Assembly (NCBI GenBank): GCA_963810095.1
Contig: CAWEMM010000009.1
Coordinates: 416,001 to 480,000 of the forward strand
DNA: 64,000 nt
Direction of reading: 5' to 3'
Source: an uncultured Chloroflexia bacterium
Lineage (GTDB): Bacteria; Chloroflexota; Anaerolineae; CG2-30-64-16
Part shown: one piece after another, positions 18,524 through 27,989 of the stretch
How positions within the stretch are numbered: position 1 is the first letter of the stretch
How the letters are laid out: the number at the start of each line of letters is the position of its first letter
Translations under genes and position numbers: made by a program
Notes under the pieces: generated by a model
What the model was told of the DNA's origin: nothing
Databases searched by the model: none
What the model saw: the letters and a program-made list of their open reading frames with translations, nothing else

Positions 18524-19579
18524 GTGGATGTCGTCTCGACGATCTTGTTGTTCCTGCCCATCCTGCTCGTGCTCTGGCTGGCCAACTTCAGTCACAGGAA
18601 GCGTATCGAAGGGGACGTTCGCAACGAGCGTACTTTCAAGCTGCTTAGCTACGGCGTGCTGTTCCTGCTGTACGCGGTCGCGATGCTCCTGGGCCTCGCG
18701 CTGGGCGGCATTGGCCTGGCCGGCGTTCTCGCCCCGCAAGCTTTTGACGCCGCGCCCGTCACCGGGTTCCCCATCGACCGGCTGCCCTGGATGGGCCTCG
18801 GGTTGATCGTCTTTTCATTGCTGGGTCTGGTCTTGCTCACCCGGCCCGCCCGGCGCTTCTTTGCGCGTTTCACGCCGATCGACCCATCGCACCCGGTCCA
18901 TGCGGTCGCACTCTCGCTCACCGCGATGATCCTCATCAACCTGTCGTTCACGGTCGCGATTGGGCTCGACAACCTCGCCAACATGCTCCAGTCCTCGGGG
19001 CAGACCGGCGCGAATGCTAACCCCGCGCCCGGCTTGTGGGGCCAGAACCTGCTCTTCGTCGTGATGGGCCTGGTGGGGGTAGGCTTCCTGGCGCGGCGAT
19101 CGTTCCGCGCATCGCTGATTCGGCTGGGTATCGTGGTGCCGACCCTCCGCCAGGTCGCGCTCGGGCTCGGCGTCGCGGTCATCCTGGTGCCTGTGGTCAT
19201 CGCCGCGGAGGCTTTAGCCAGCAAGCTGGGCCTCGGCGCGAGCGCCGGCGTGGAGCGGTTGACCGAGCAGTTGGTCGGGCCGCTGACTCAGAACATCGCG
19301 GGCATCCTGACACTCGGGCTGGCCGCCGCGCTGGGCGAGGAGACCGTGTTCCGCGGCGCGCTCCATCCACGCTTCGGGCTCGTGTTCACCGCGCTGCTCT
19401 TTGCCCTGCTGCACAGTCAGTATGGGTTGAGCTTTTCGACGGTGGCGGTGTTCGTGGTCGGGTTGGTCCTGGGGCTGCTGCGGGCGCGGGCAAACACGAC
19501 AACTTCGATGATCACGCACGCGACGTATAACATGCTGCTGGGGTTGATCACGTACCTGGGGATTATGCAGAACACCTGA
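18524..19579 (+). CDS. CPBP/Abi (CAAX-type) intramembrane metalloprotease
   Basis: GEETVFRG, FALLHSQY, HATYN. Confidence 0.9.
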   Translation: MDVVSTILLFLPILLVLWLANFSHRKRIEGDVRNERTFKLLSYGVLFLLYAVAMLLGLALGGIGLAGVLAPQAFDAAPVTGFPIDRLPWMGLGLIVFSLLGLVLLTRPARRFFARFTPIDPSHPVHAVALSLTAMILINLSFTVAIGLDNLANMLQSSGQTGANANPAPGLWGQNLLFVVMGLVGVGFLARRSFRASLIRLGIVVPTLRQVALGLGVAVILVPVVIAAEALASKLGLGASAGVERLTEQLVGPLTQNIAGILTLGLAAALGEETVFRGALHPRFGLVFTALLFALLHSQYGLSFSTVAVFVVGLVLGLLRARANTTTSMITHATYNMLLGLITYLGIMQNT

Positions 19580-19600
19580 GGCAATGAAGCTCGGCGACGT

Positions 19601-19635
19601 AACAAACCAGGTTTCCAGCAGAAACCTGGTTTGTT
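19601..19635. terminator. 15-bp perfect inverted repeat between convergent genes (AAACC(W)GGTTTC family)
   Basis: AACAAACCAGGTTTC-CAGCA-GAAACCTGGTTTGTT. Confidence 0.7.
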
Positions 19636-19645
19636 GCTTCTGATC

Positions 19646-20491
19646 CTAGAAAAGCACCGACGCCAGCTTGTTGCGGTACTCGCGCACGAGCGGGCTTTCC
19701 TCGCCCAGCACGCCGAAGATCGCCAGCATGACCTGCCGGGCTTCGCCGTTGCGGAACTTCTTGTCCTGGCGTAGCACGTCGAGCAGGGCATCCATCGCGC
19801 CGCGCATGTCGCCCGCCGCGATCTTCTGGCCTGCCGTGTGATACAGCCCGTCGAGGCCGCCCGCCCCGTTGGTGCCGCCGGTCGACTCGAGCAGGAGTGC
19901 GGCCAGGGGACGCAGCGCAGTTGCCTGCGCGGCTTCGGGGCCTTCGTTGACCTTGTTAAGGATCTCGTTCGCTTCGGCGGCCTTCCCCTGCGCCAGCAGC
20001 GCACGGGCCAGGTTCACCTTCACAGCAGGTTCGGCGCCGTTGGTTGCTCCCATCTGGCGCAGCGCCATTTCTGCTTCAATCCACTTGCCCGCGGCCAAGA
20101 GCGTGACCGGGTCGGGCACATTGCCGGCCGGCGCCCCCGCCCCGACGTTGACGCCAAGCTTTTGCAGGAACGCCCTGACCTGCGGCTCGGGGACCGCGCC
20201 GACGAACTCTGCTGCCAACCGGCCGTCCTTGAACCCTTTTACGGCCGGGATGCCCTGGACGCCGTACTGCATCGCGGCCCGCTGGTCCTCGTCCGTGTTG
20301 ATCTTGGCCAGGATAAAACCGCCCTTATACTCGTTGGCGAGCTTCTCCAGCACAGGCCCCAACATCCGACACGGGCCGCACCACGGCGCCCAAAAATCCA
20401 CCACCACCGGCACTTGCCTGGAGCGCTCGAGCACGTCCGACTGGAACGAGCTGTCGGTTACTTCTATCACCCATTCTGACTTCGCCATCAT
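19646..20491 (-). CDS. Thioredoxin-TPR protein (CnoX/YbbN-like)
   Basis: DFWAPWCGPC plus C-terminal TPR ending YRNKLASVLF. Confidence 0.9.
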   Translation of the reverse strand: MMAKSEWVIEVTDSSFQSDVLERSRQVPVVVDFWAPWCGPCRMLGPVLEKLANEYKGGFILAKINTDEDQRAAMQYGVQGIPAVKGFKDGRLAAEFVGAVPEPQVRAFLQKLGVNVGAGAPAGNVPDPVTLLAAGKWIEAEMALRQMGATNGAEPAVKVNLARALLAQGKAAEANEILNKVNEGPEAAQATALRPLAALLLESTGGTNGAGGLDGLYHTAGQKIAAGDMRGAMDALLDVLRQDKKFRNGEARQVMLAIFGVLGEESPLVREYRNKLASVLF

Positions 20492-20691
20492 TGCCCCTTG
20501 TGTGCGTCGACCGGAGTAAATCAAGTGATATGTTTATTATATCATGGGATGGGACCCCGATCAATTCGGGACCCCCGGCGTAACGCCAACGTATCTAATT
20601 GGATGCTGCGAGCGGACCCCGCGTTACATGGGCCGCAACTCAGGCAGCAGCCGAGCGTACCACTGAGGAGACCACGGGGCAGGTGACTACC

Positions 20692-21630
20692 ATGAGCGAA
20701 ACTTCGGGTATCGGCGGGCGGCCGGTTACGGGCGACAATGACTTCTGGCGGGTGCGCGGCCTGTTGACCCGCACCGTAGGCGCGGCTCCCCCCGGCCACA
20801 ACTGGGATATGCGGCGCTGGGACGGCAAATACTTCTACAACCGCTCGGGGCGGTGGGAGGACGGCTGGGAGCAGGCCGTACGGCTGTGGGAGACCCCGGC
20901 AGGGCGGCTGGTCGGCTGCGTCAACCGGGAGGGCGCGGGCGATGCGTGGATCCAGATTGACCCGGCGTATCGCTTCCTCGAAGGCGAGATGATCGGGTGG
21001 GCCGAGTCGCACCTGGCGGTGAGCGATCCGGACTCCGGCGCCCGGGTGCTCGAGTTTCAGGTGTTTGAATATGACGCGCTCAGGCAGCAGTTGCTGGCCG
21101 AGCGGGGTTACGAGAAGATGGAATGCGGCGGCATGTATCGGCACATGCGTCTGCCCGCACACACGCTGCCCCCTGCGACCCTTGCCGAGCCTTATCACCT
21201 CCGAACGGTCGACGCAGAGGACGGCGCAGACTGCCAGCGCATCGCCGATCTGCTCAACGCGGCGTTCGGCCGCACGTTCCACAACGGGCCCGAATTCCGG
21301 TCGTTTGCGGCGCTCGCGCCGTGCTACGTGCGCGAGCTTGACCTTGTCGCAGTCGCGCCCGACGGCTCGTTTGCGGCCTACGTTGGCATGCCCTACGACC
21401 GGGAGAACCGCCGCGGGATCTTCGAACCGGTGTGCACCCATCCCCAGCACCGGCGCTGCGGGCTGGCGGCGGCGCTGATGCGCGAAGCGCTGCACCGGGT
21501 GCAGGCAATGGGCGCCGTCGACGTGACCGTAGACACCGGCGACATGGTCCCCGCGAACGCCCTTTATGATGCGTTGGGGTTCGGCGAGGCATACCGCGCG
21601 TTCGCCTGGCGCAAATGCTGGGCAGGTTGA
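20692..21630 (+). CDS. GNAT acetyltransferase (two-domain)
   Basis: FEPVCTHPQHRRCGLAAALM, ANALYDALGF. Confidence 0.88.
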   Translation: MSETSGIGGRPVTGDNDFWRVRGLLTRTVGAAPPGHNWDMRRWDGKYFYNRSGRWEDGWEQAVRLWETPAGRLVGCVNREGAGDAWIQIDPAYRFLEGEMIGWAESHLAVSDPDSGARVLEFQVFEYDALRQQLLAERGYEKMECGGMYRHMRLPAHTLPPATLAEPYHLRTVDAEDGADCQRIADLLNAAFGRTFHNGPEFRSFAALAPCYVRELDLVAVAPDGSFAAYVGMPYDRENRRGIFEPVCTHPQHRRCGLAAALMREALHRVQAMGAVDVTVDTGDMVPANALYDALGFGEAYRAFAWRKCWAG

Positions 21631-21660
21631 CACGGACGGCCGAATGCGGACAATAGGGCC

Positions 21661-22211
21661 ATGCAAGTCGTGCCCTTGAACGCCGAACAGGCCGTGGCCC
21701 TGGTGTCCCAGTTCGCAGACGTGTACCGTGCGGCCTTCGCTCCTGCGCCCTACCAGCGCCAGGAGCACGAGGTCGACGAGTTCGCCGCGCGCTGCCCTTG
21801 CAGGCTCGCCGCCAGGGGTTTCGGTCGGTGGTGGCCCGCGCCGACACGGGAGACTTTGTCGGCATCGCATACGGTTATCGCAGCCAGCCGGGCCAGTGGT
21901 GGCATGACAACGTTTCTCGTGCCCTGGGTGACCACGCCGCGCAGCTCTGGCTGGCGAGCGCGTTCCAGGTGACCGAGGTGGCCGTCGTGCCCCGGCACCA
22001 GCGCCAGGGCATCGGCAAGAGCCTGCTCGACGCGCTGCTCGAGGAACTGCCCTACGAACGGGCCGTGCTGTCGACGCTTGACGCCGAAACCGTGGGCCGA
22101 GCCATGTATCGGGCGCGCGGCTGGCAAGACCTCCTGGCCGGATTCTACTTCCCCGGCGTCCCCCGGCGATACGCGATCATGGGCCGTCTCCTGACGAACG
22201 GCGCGGACTAA
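21661..22211 (+). CDS. GNAT acetyltransferase (+1 frameshift near 21790)
   Basis: N-terminal part in ORF 21661; C-terminal part EVAVVPRHQRQGIGKSLL and MYRARGW in ORF 21798. Confidence 0.82.
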
Positions 22212-22237
22212 GCCAAGCGGACAATAGCCAACAGGTA

Positions 22238-22287
22238 AGAGACCGGACTTCTGCCACCAGCCTCGCTGGCGCAGAAGTCCGGTCTCT
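22238..22287. terminator. Inverted repeat upstream of the BMC locus
   Basis: AGAGACCGGACTTCTGC...GCAGAAGTCCGGTCTCT. Confidence 0.6.
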
Positions 22288-22338
22288 ATTTCACTTACGT
22301 TACACGCCTATTCACATTCTATCTTAAAGAATCGTGTT

Positions 22339-22426
22339 CAAACGTGTTTTGGGTGATTGACAAACGTGAGCAGTGGTGCTAATCTGTGCATGCAAATAGT
22401 GAATAGCATGATTCACAAACGTGAAT
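22339..22426 (+). promoter_or_regulatory. Sigma70-type promoter with repeated operator-like motif
   Basis: TTGACA (22357), 17 bp spacer, TAATCT (22380) with TGn extension; CAAACGTG at 22339, 22361 and 22416; palindrome ATTCAC-AAAC-GTGAAT at 22411-22426. Confidence 0.7.
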
Positions 22427-22468
22427 GACCTCTTCCATTCATCGGCGTCTCACGGAGATTACACCACT

Positions 22469-24581
22469 ATGGATATTGCCACCGCAGAGATGACGCAGGA
22501 CGCGGCCCACCGCGACGGCGGGCCACGAGAATCGAACCTTTCCCGCGAGCGTCTCCTGGAGCTGTTCTACAAGATGACCCTCACGCGTGCCTTCGAAGAG
22601 GCCGCGTGGAGCCAGTACGGCCTCGGTAAGGTACACGGGACGATGCACCTGTGCATCGGCCAGGAGGCTGTAGGCATTGGAGCCATTGCCGCGATCCGGC
22701 CCGACGACTACATCGTTTCCACCCACCGCGGCCATGCCCACGCCATCGGCAAGGGGCAAGACGTGCGCGAGATGATGGCCGAGCTGCTGGGCAAAGAGAA
22801 CGGCGTCTGCCACGGCCGGGGCGGCTCGATGCACATGGCCGACGTGAACCTGGGCAGCCTGGGCGCGAACGGCGTGGTGGGCGGGGGCTTGCCGCTGTCG
22901 GTCGGTGCGGGCCTTGCACTCAAGCTGAAGCACCCGACGGGTGATTCGCCGGTGGTGATCTGCTTCTTCGGCGACGGCGCCTCAAACGAGGGCGCGTTCC
23001 ACGAGTCGATCAACATGGCTTCCGTGTGGAAGCTCCCCGTGATCTACCTCTGCGAAAACAACCAGTACGGCATGTCGAACTCGGTCAAGAACGCCATGAG
23101 CGCCCGCCAGATGATCGACCGGGCCCCGGGCTACGGCATTCCCGGCAAGCAGGTTGACGGGATGGACGTGCTGGCGGTCTACGAGGCGATCAGCGAAGCG
23201 GCCGAGTACGTGCGAGCGGGCAACGGCCCCATCCTGATCGACGCGCTCACTTACCGCTACCTGGGGCACTCGAAGAGCGACCGGCAGCTTTATCGGACGA
23301 AGGACGAGGTCGAGGCCTGGAAGCAGCGCGATGCGATCGCCGCCTTCGAGCGTTACTTGCTGAGCGCCGGCGTTGCCTCACAGGACGAACTGGACGCCCT
23401 CAAGACGAAGGCGGACGCGGCCATCGAAGAAGCCATCGCGTACGGCGACGCCGGGCCCGAGCCGCAGGTGGCCCACCTCATGCGCGACGTATACGCCGAA
23501 GACCCGGCCGTACTGGCACAGCCGGAGCGGGTCTTGCCCAAGTGGGCGTCCGCGACATTCGGAACCGCGACCCGCATCAACCCGCCCGCAGGCGAGCGGG
23601 TGATCACCTACTCGGAGGCGCTGCGCGAGGCGATGGCCCAGGCGCTGTCCTCTGACCCGAAGGTATTCATGCTGGGCGAGGATATCGGCGTGTACGGCGG
23701 TGCATTCGGCGTCACAAAGGACCTGGTGGAGGAGTTCGGCCGCGACCGCGTGCGCGACACGCCGATCTCGGAAAACGCGATCATCGGGGCTGCCACCGGC
23801 GCGGCGGTGCTGGGCATGCGGCCGATCGCCGAAATGCAGTTCCAGGACTTCATCACGCTGGGTATGGAGCAGACGGTGCTCCAGGCCGCCAAGATTCGCT
23901 ACATGTTCGGCGGCAAGGCGACCGTGCCGATGGTCGTGCGGATGCCGGCCGGCTCGGGCACGGGCGCGGCTGCGCAACACTCGGAGAGCCTCGAATCCTG
24001 GTTCCTGAGCGTGCCGGGCATCAAGGTGGTGGCGCCTGCGAGCGCGTACGATGCCAAGGGGCTGCTGCTGGCCGCGCTGGCCGACGACAACCCGGTGATG
24101 TTCGTCGAGAACAAGCTGCTGTACAAGAGTAAGGGCGCAGTGCCCGTCGAGCCCTACATCGTGCCGCTGGGCAAGGCCGCGGTGCGCCGCCAGGGCCAGC
24201 ACGTGAGCATTGCGGCGACGTCGATCATGGTGCACCGGGCGCTCGAAGCGGCCAAGCAGCTGGAAGCCGAGGGCGATCGAGCTCGAGGTCATCGACCTGC
24301 GCACGCTGAAGCCGCTCGACAACGAGACGATCATCGCCTCGGTCAAGAAGACCGGGCGCCTGCTGGTGGTGCACGAGGCGCCGCTGTTCGGCGGCTTTGG
24401 CGGCGAAATTGCGGCCATGATTGCCCAAAGCGAGGCCTTCGCGTACCTGGAAGCGCCCATCGTGCGCCTCGGCGGCGAAGACGTGCCGATCCCGTACAAC
24501 CCGAAGCTGGAAAAGGCCGCCGTACCGCAGGTCGATAACATCGTCGCCGCCGCACGCAAGCTCGCCCGGACCGAGATCTAG
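22469..24581 (+). CDS. Fused ThDP-dependent dehydrogenase E1 alpha+beta, acetoin dehydrogenase (AcoAB)-like (+1 frameshift near 24275)
   Basis: [42 protein letters not shown]; beta part [14 protein letters not shown]; C-terminus [14 protein letters not shown] lies in the next frame. Confidence 0.9.
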
Positions 24582-24585
24582 AATG

Positions 24586-24671
24586 GGACGCAGATTGAAC
24601 TGATTCACTGATCTTCCTGATTTTATCAGCGAGGTCATGCGAATCGACTCAGTCAGTTAGATCAGGCGTCC
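24586..24671. repeat. 9-bp-periodic hairpin element, GGACGCAGAT family
   Basis: GGACGCAGATTGAACTGATTCACTGATCTTCCTGAT...AGTCAGTTAGATCAGGCGTCC. Confidence 0.7.
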
Positions 24672-24686
24672 TATTAGGGGTACGAA

Positions 24687-26141
24687 ATGCCAACACCCGT
24701 GATTATGCCCAAGTTCGAGATGACCCAGGAGACGGGCAAGGTCCTTGCGTGGCTCAAGCGTGAGGGCGAGCACGTGAACAAGGGCGAAGCACTTCTCGAA
24801 GTCGAGACCGACAAGGTCAACCAGGAAGTCGAGTCGCCTGCTACGGGCGTGCTCACCGGCATTTGCGCCGCGCCCGGGCAGGTAGTGCCGATCGCCGCTC
24901 CCATCGCCTACATTCTCAAGCCAGGGGAAACCGCTTCAGGTTTCTCTTCTCCTTCCTTGGGTGCGGCTGAGACGACCCCTGGCTCGGGCCGGGGCCCGGA
25001 GTCGTCCCAGCCGGCGCCGAGTCAGGCGGCCGACGATGCCCCGAAAGTCACACCGCTGGCCGCCCGCCTCGCGCAAGAGTATGGCGTCGACCTGTCCAAG
25101 GTCACGGGTACCGGCCCGATGGGGCGGATCACCCGGGAAGACGTGACGGCTGCATCCGCGGCGCAAGCTGAGGCCGGGCCCACGCCGCCCGTGGCCGACG
25201 GCAAGGTGCGCGCGGTTCCGGCAGCGCGACGGGTGGCTCGCGAGATGGGTGTCGACCTGCGCACGGTAAAGGGCACGGGGCCCGAGGGTCGGGTTCAACC
25301 GGAAGACGTGGCGGCCACGGGCGCGGCGCCGTCGACCCTGGCTGCATCCCAGCCCGTCGCTCCCGCCGTGCAGCCGGAACCGGCCGCTCCAGCGCTTCTG
25401 GACGCGAGTGCCGGGGGTCCCAAGGTGCGCAGGGTCGTGCCGCTCACAAATATCCGCAAGACGATTGCCGAGCGGATGGTGGCCAGCGTGCGCGAGGCGC
25501 CGCAGTTCAGCGTCAGCCTCGATGTGGACATGACCCGCAGCCTCGGCATCGTGGAAGATGTCAAGTCCGTCGTGCAAGGGCTGGCGCCGGACCCCAGCCG
25601 GCCGAAAATCACGCTCACTGCGCTGGTCGTCAAGGCCGTCGCCTATGGGCTGGCGGCACACCCGGCCGCAAACGCCTCGTATAGCACTGAAGGGATTGTC
25701 GAATACGAGGACGTCAACGTCGGCGTGGCCACCGCAATCGACTCTGGCCTCATTGTTCCGGTGGTACGCTCGGCAAACATTCTCGGCTTGCGGGGCATCG
25801 CCGTCGCATTGGGCGACCTGACGACCCGGGCACGTGAGGGCAGGCTGAAGCTGGACGACCTGACCGGCGGCACCTTCACCGTGTCCAACCTCGGAATGTT
25901 CGGGATCGAGACGTTCACCGCGATCCTGAATCCGCCGCAGGCCGCGATTCTGGCGGTCGGCAAGGTGACCAAGCGGGCTGTCGTGGTTTCGGCCCCCTCC
26001 GGGGAAGACAAGGTCGAGATCAAGCCCATGGCCTCGCTGACGCTCACCGCGGACCACCGCGTGCTCGACGGCGCCTCCGCAGCCCGGCTGCTGGCAACGA
26101 TCCAAAGCGTCCTGGAACACCCGGGACTCCTGCTGGAATAA
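24687..26141 (+). CDS. Dihydrolipoamide acyltransferase E2
   Basis: Lipoyl motif EVETDKVN; two subunit-binding domains (GTGPMGRI, GTGPEGRV); FTVSNLGMFG; DHRVLDG. Confidence 0.93.
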   Translation: MPTPVIMPKFEMTQETGKVLAWLKREGEHVNKGEALLEVETDKVNQEVESPATGVLTGICAAPGQVVPIAAPIAYILKPGETASGFSSPSLGAAETTPGSGRGPESSQPAPSQAADDAPKVTPLAARLAQEYGVDLSKVTGTGPMGRITREDVTAASAAQAEAGPTPPVADGKVRAVPAARRVAREMGVDLRTVKGTGPEGRVQPEDVAATGAAPSTLAASQPVAPAVQPEPAAPALLDASAGGPKVRRVVPLTNIRKTIAERMVASVREAPQFSVSLDVDMTRSLGIVEDVKSVVQGLAPDPSRPKITLTALVVKAVAYGLAAHPAANASYSTEGIVEYEDVNVGVATAIDSGLIVPVVRSANILGLRGIAVALGDLTTRAREGRLKLDDLTGGTFTVSNLGMFGIETFTAILNPPQAAILAVGKVTKRAVVVSAPSGEDKVEIKPMASLTLTADHRVLDGASAARLLATIQSVLEHPGLLLE

Positions 26142-26151
26142 GACAGGAACA

Positions 26152-26251
26152 GGACGCAGATTCAACTGATCGAACTGATCTACATGATCCTTCCTGCATA
26201 GGCTATCAGAAAGATCAGTTGAAATCAGTCATATCAGTCAGATCAGCGTCC
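26152..26251. repeat. 9-bp-periodic hairpin element, GGACGCAGAT family
   Basis: GGACGCAGATTCAACTGATCGAACTGATCTACATGAT...ATCAGTCATATCAGTCAGATCAGCGTCC. Confidence 0.7.
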
Positions 26252-26275
26252 CATTCCACATCAGTGAGGGGAATT

Positions 26276-27361
26276 ATGGCCGTACCTATGCTCCAGGTGG
26301 CGATGGACTACATCTCGCTGCCGCCCGCGCTCGCGATGGCCGTCAAGGTCGCGCCCGAGGTTGATATCATCGAGATCGGCACCCCGCTATGCAAGGCGGT
26401 CGGGCTAGACGGGATCCGCGCGATCCGCGACCTGGTCGGTCCAGACAAGCTGATCCTGGCCGACTTCAAAAGCCCCGACGTGGGTGGGCTGGAAGCGAAG
26501 ATGGCGTTCGATGCCGGCGCGGACATGATGACCGTGATCGGCGGCGCAGCCCTCGCTACGGTCGAGTCCGCATTGCAGGCGGCCAAGGAAGCACGCAAGG
26601 AAATGCTGATGGAGCTCACCGGCGTGCGCGATATCGTGGCCCGGGCAAAGGAATGGCGCCAGATCGGCGTGGAGCGGATGGTGTACCACCGGGGCTGGGA
26701 CGAGCAAACGTTCAACCGCCAGTGGGGCGACGACGACCGCAAGACGGTCCAGACGCTCATCGACATGGGCTTCAAGATCACCGTTACCGGCGGCATCAAC
26801 AAGAGCATGCTGCCCTTTTTCGCCTCGCTGGCCGTGTCCGTCGTCATCTGCGGTCGTGGCATTCGCGAGACGCCCGACCCGCGTCAGTCGGCGCACGAGT
26901 TCAAGGCGGAGATGACCCGCTTGTGGGGGAGCGGCGCCGCGGCGGCGCCTGCGTTTCCCGGTGGAAAAGTGGCCGCAGCCAGCGCCGCTGAAAACGCAGC
27001 CAAGGCCATCCGGTGGGGCGTGAGCGAAATGGGCTTGCTGCTGACCGCGGATGGTCGGGAGTGCCCGGGCTGTGATTCGTCGCAGCGCGTCTGCTGGGGC
27101 ACGCGCACCGAAGTCGTCGCACCGCAAGGCACACGGGCGGACGACCTCGTCAGCCGCATCGGCCAGTCCTTCGGACGCAGCGCGGCCTTCGGCAAAGTGA
27201 ATGACGCCGTCATCTTCCTCGACCCGGCCCAACTGCAGACGGGATCGATCAACGAGGTGCTCGAGTTGCTCCGTGCAGCGGGCAACGCAGCCCGGTCGGC
27301 CGGCGCAGCCATAGATGTGAGCGCCGGCGTGAATGTGGCAGACAAGATTCTGCGGAACTAA
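26276..27361 (+). CDS. ulaD: 3-keto-L-gulonate-6-phosphate decarboxylase / hexulose-6-P synthase family protein with ~140-aa C-terminal extension
   Basis: PMLQVAMD, DIIEIGT, LADFKSPD, ELTG, VYHR, DMGFKITVTGG and LWG parallel E. coli UlaD; the extension follows. Confidence 0.82.
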   Translation: MAVPMLQVAMDYISLPPALAMAVKVAPEVDIIEIGTPLCKAVGLDGIRAIRDLVGPDKLILADFKSPDVGGLEAKMAFDAGADMMTVIGGAALATVESALQAAKEARKEMLMELTGVRDIVARAKEWRQIGVERMVYHRGWDEQTFNRQWGDDDRKTVQTLIDMGFKITVTGGINKSMLPFFASLAVSVVICGRGIRETPDPRQSAHEFKAEMTRLWGSGAAAAPAFPGGKVAAASAAENAAKAIRWGVSEMGLLLTADGRECPGCDSSQRVCWGTRTEVVAPQGTRADDLVSRIGQSFGRSAAFGKVNDAVIFLDPAQLQTGSINEVLELLRAAGNAARSAGAAIDVSAGVNVADKILRN

Positions 27362-27370
27362 GCGGGCGCC

Positions 27371-27403
27371 GGACCTTCGGGGCCGGAACGGCCCCGAAGG
27401 TCC
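27371..27403 (+). terminator. GC-rich hairpin after the ulaD-like gene
   Basis: GGACCTTCGGGGCC-GGAAC-GGCCCCGAAGGTCC followed by TTTA. Confidence 0.5.
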
Positions 27404-27477
27404 TTTATCCGCTTTGAGAAACCGGTTGCTCAACACTCGTTCGACGCCGTAGTCACCCCACACCGATGGAGGTCAAG

Positions 27478-27894
27478 ATGAGCCAGTCCAATATCGACCT
27501 GGTCCGCCGCTACTACCAGGTCACGAGCGGCGATCTCGCTGGGATCGAGGAGATCGTTTCCCCCGACTTCATCGACCATCACTTCCCCCCGACCCTGCCG
27601 CAGGGTCCTGAGGGCGTCAAGGCGTTCTTCAACGACGTCCTCGGCGCCTTCACCCACCGCCGAATTGACATCTTCGACATCTTCGCGGCGGAAGACCGCG
27701 TCGGCGTGCGCTTCGAGCTTGTCGCCAACCACAGCAGCGAGTTTGCCGGCTACAAGCCGTCTGGACAGCAGATTACATGCGGCGCCATGAGCATGTTTCG
27801 GGTAGAGGACGGCAAGCTGGCCGAGGGCTGGGAAACAGCCGACCTGTTCGGCCTGTTCAAGCAGCTCCAAGCCCTGCAGACCGTAGCCGCCTAG
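27478..27894 (+). CDS. SnoaL-like ester cyclase (NTF2 fold)
   Basis: NIDLVRRYY, PDFIDH, GPEGVK, AEDRVGVR, FRVEDGKLAEGW. Confidence 0.85.
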   Translation: MSQSNIDLVRRYYQVTSGDLAGIEEIVSPDFIDHHFPPTLPQGPEGVKAFFNDVLGAFTHRRIDIFDIFAAEDRVGVRFELVANHSSEFAGYKPSGQQITCGAMSMFRVEDGKLAEGWETADLFGLFKQLQALQTVAA

Positions 27895-27900
27895 GGATTC

Positions 27901-27961
27901 AATACAAAGGCACAAAGGCACGACGGCATAGATAACCTTTGTGACGTAGTGTCGCCGTGTT
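27901..27961. repeat. Degenerate ACAAAGGC short-period hairpin element
   Basis: ACAAAGGCACAAAGGCACGACGGC...CTTTGTGACGTAGTGTCGCCGTGT. Confidence 0.55.
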
Positions 27962-27989
27962 GAGCGCTGCCGACGAAGGAAGGTCGAAG

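Noticed and set aside
24586-26251. CRISPR array or tRNA in the periodic intergenic repeats
   Set aside because: Units are ~9 bp, degenerate and mirrored, with no repeat-spacer structure, cas genes or cloverleaf
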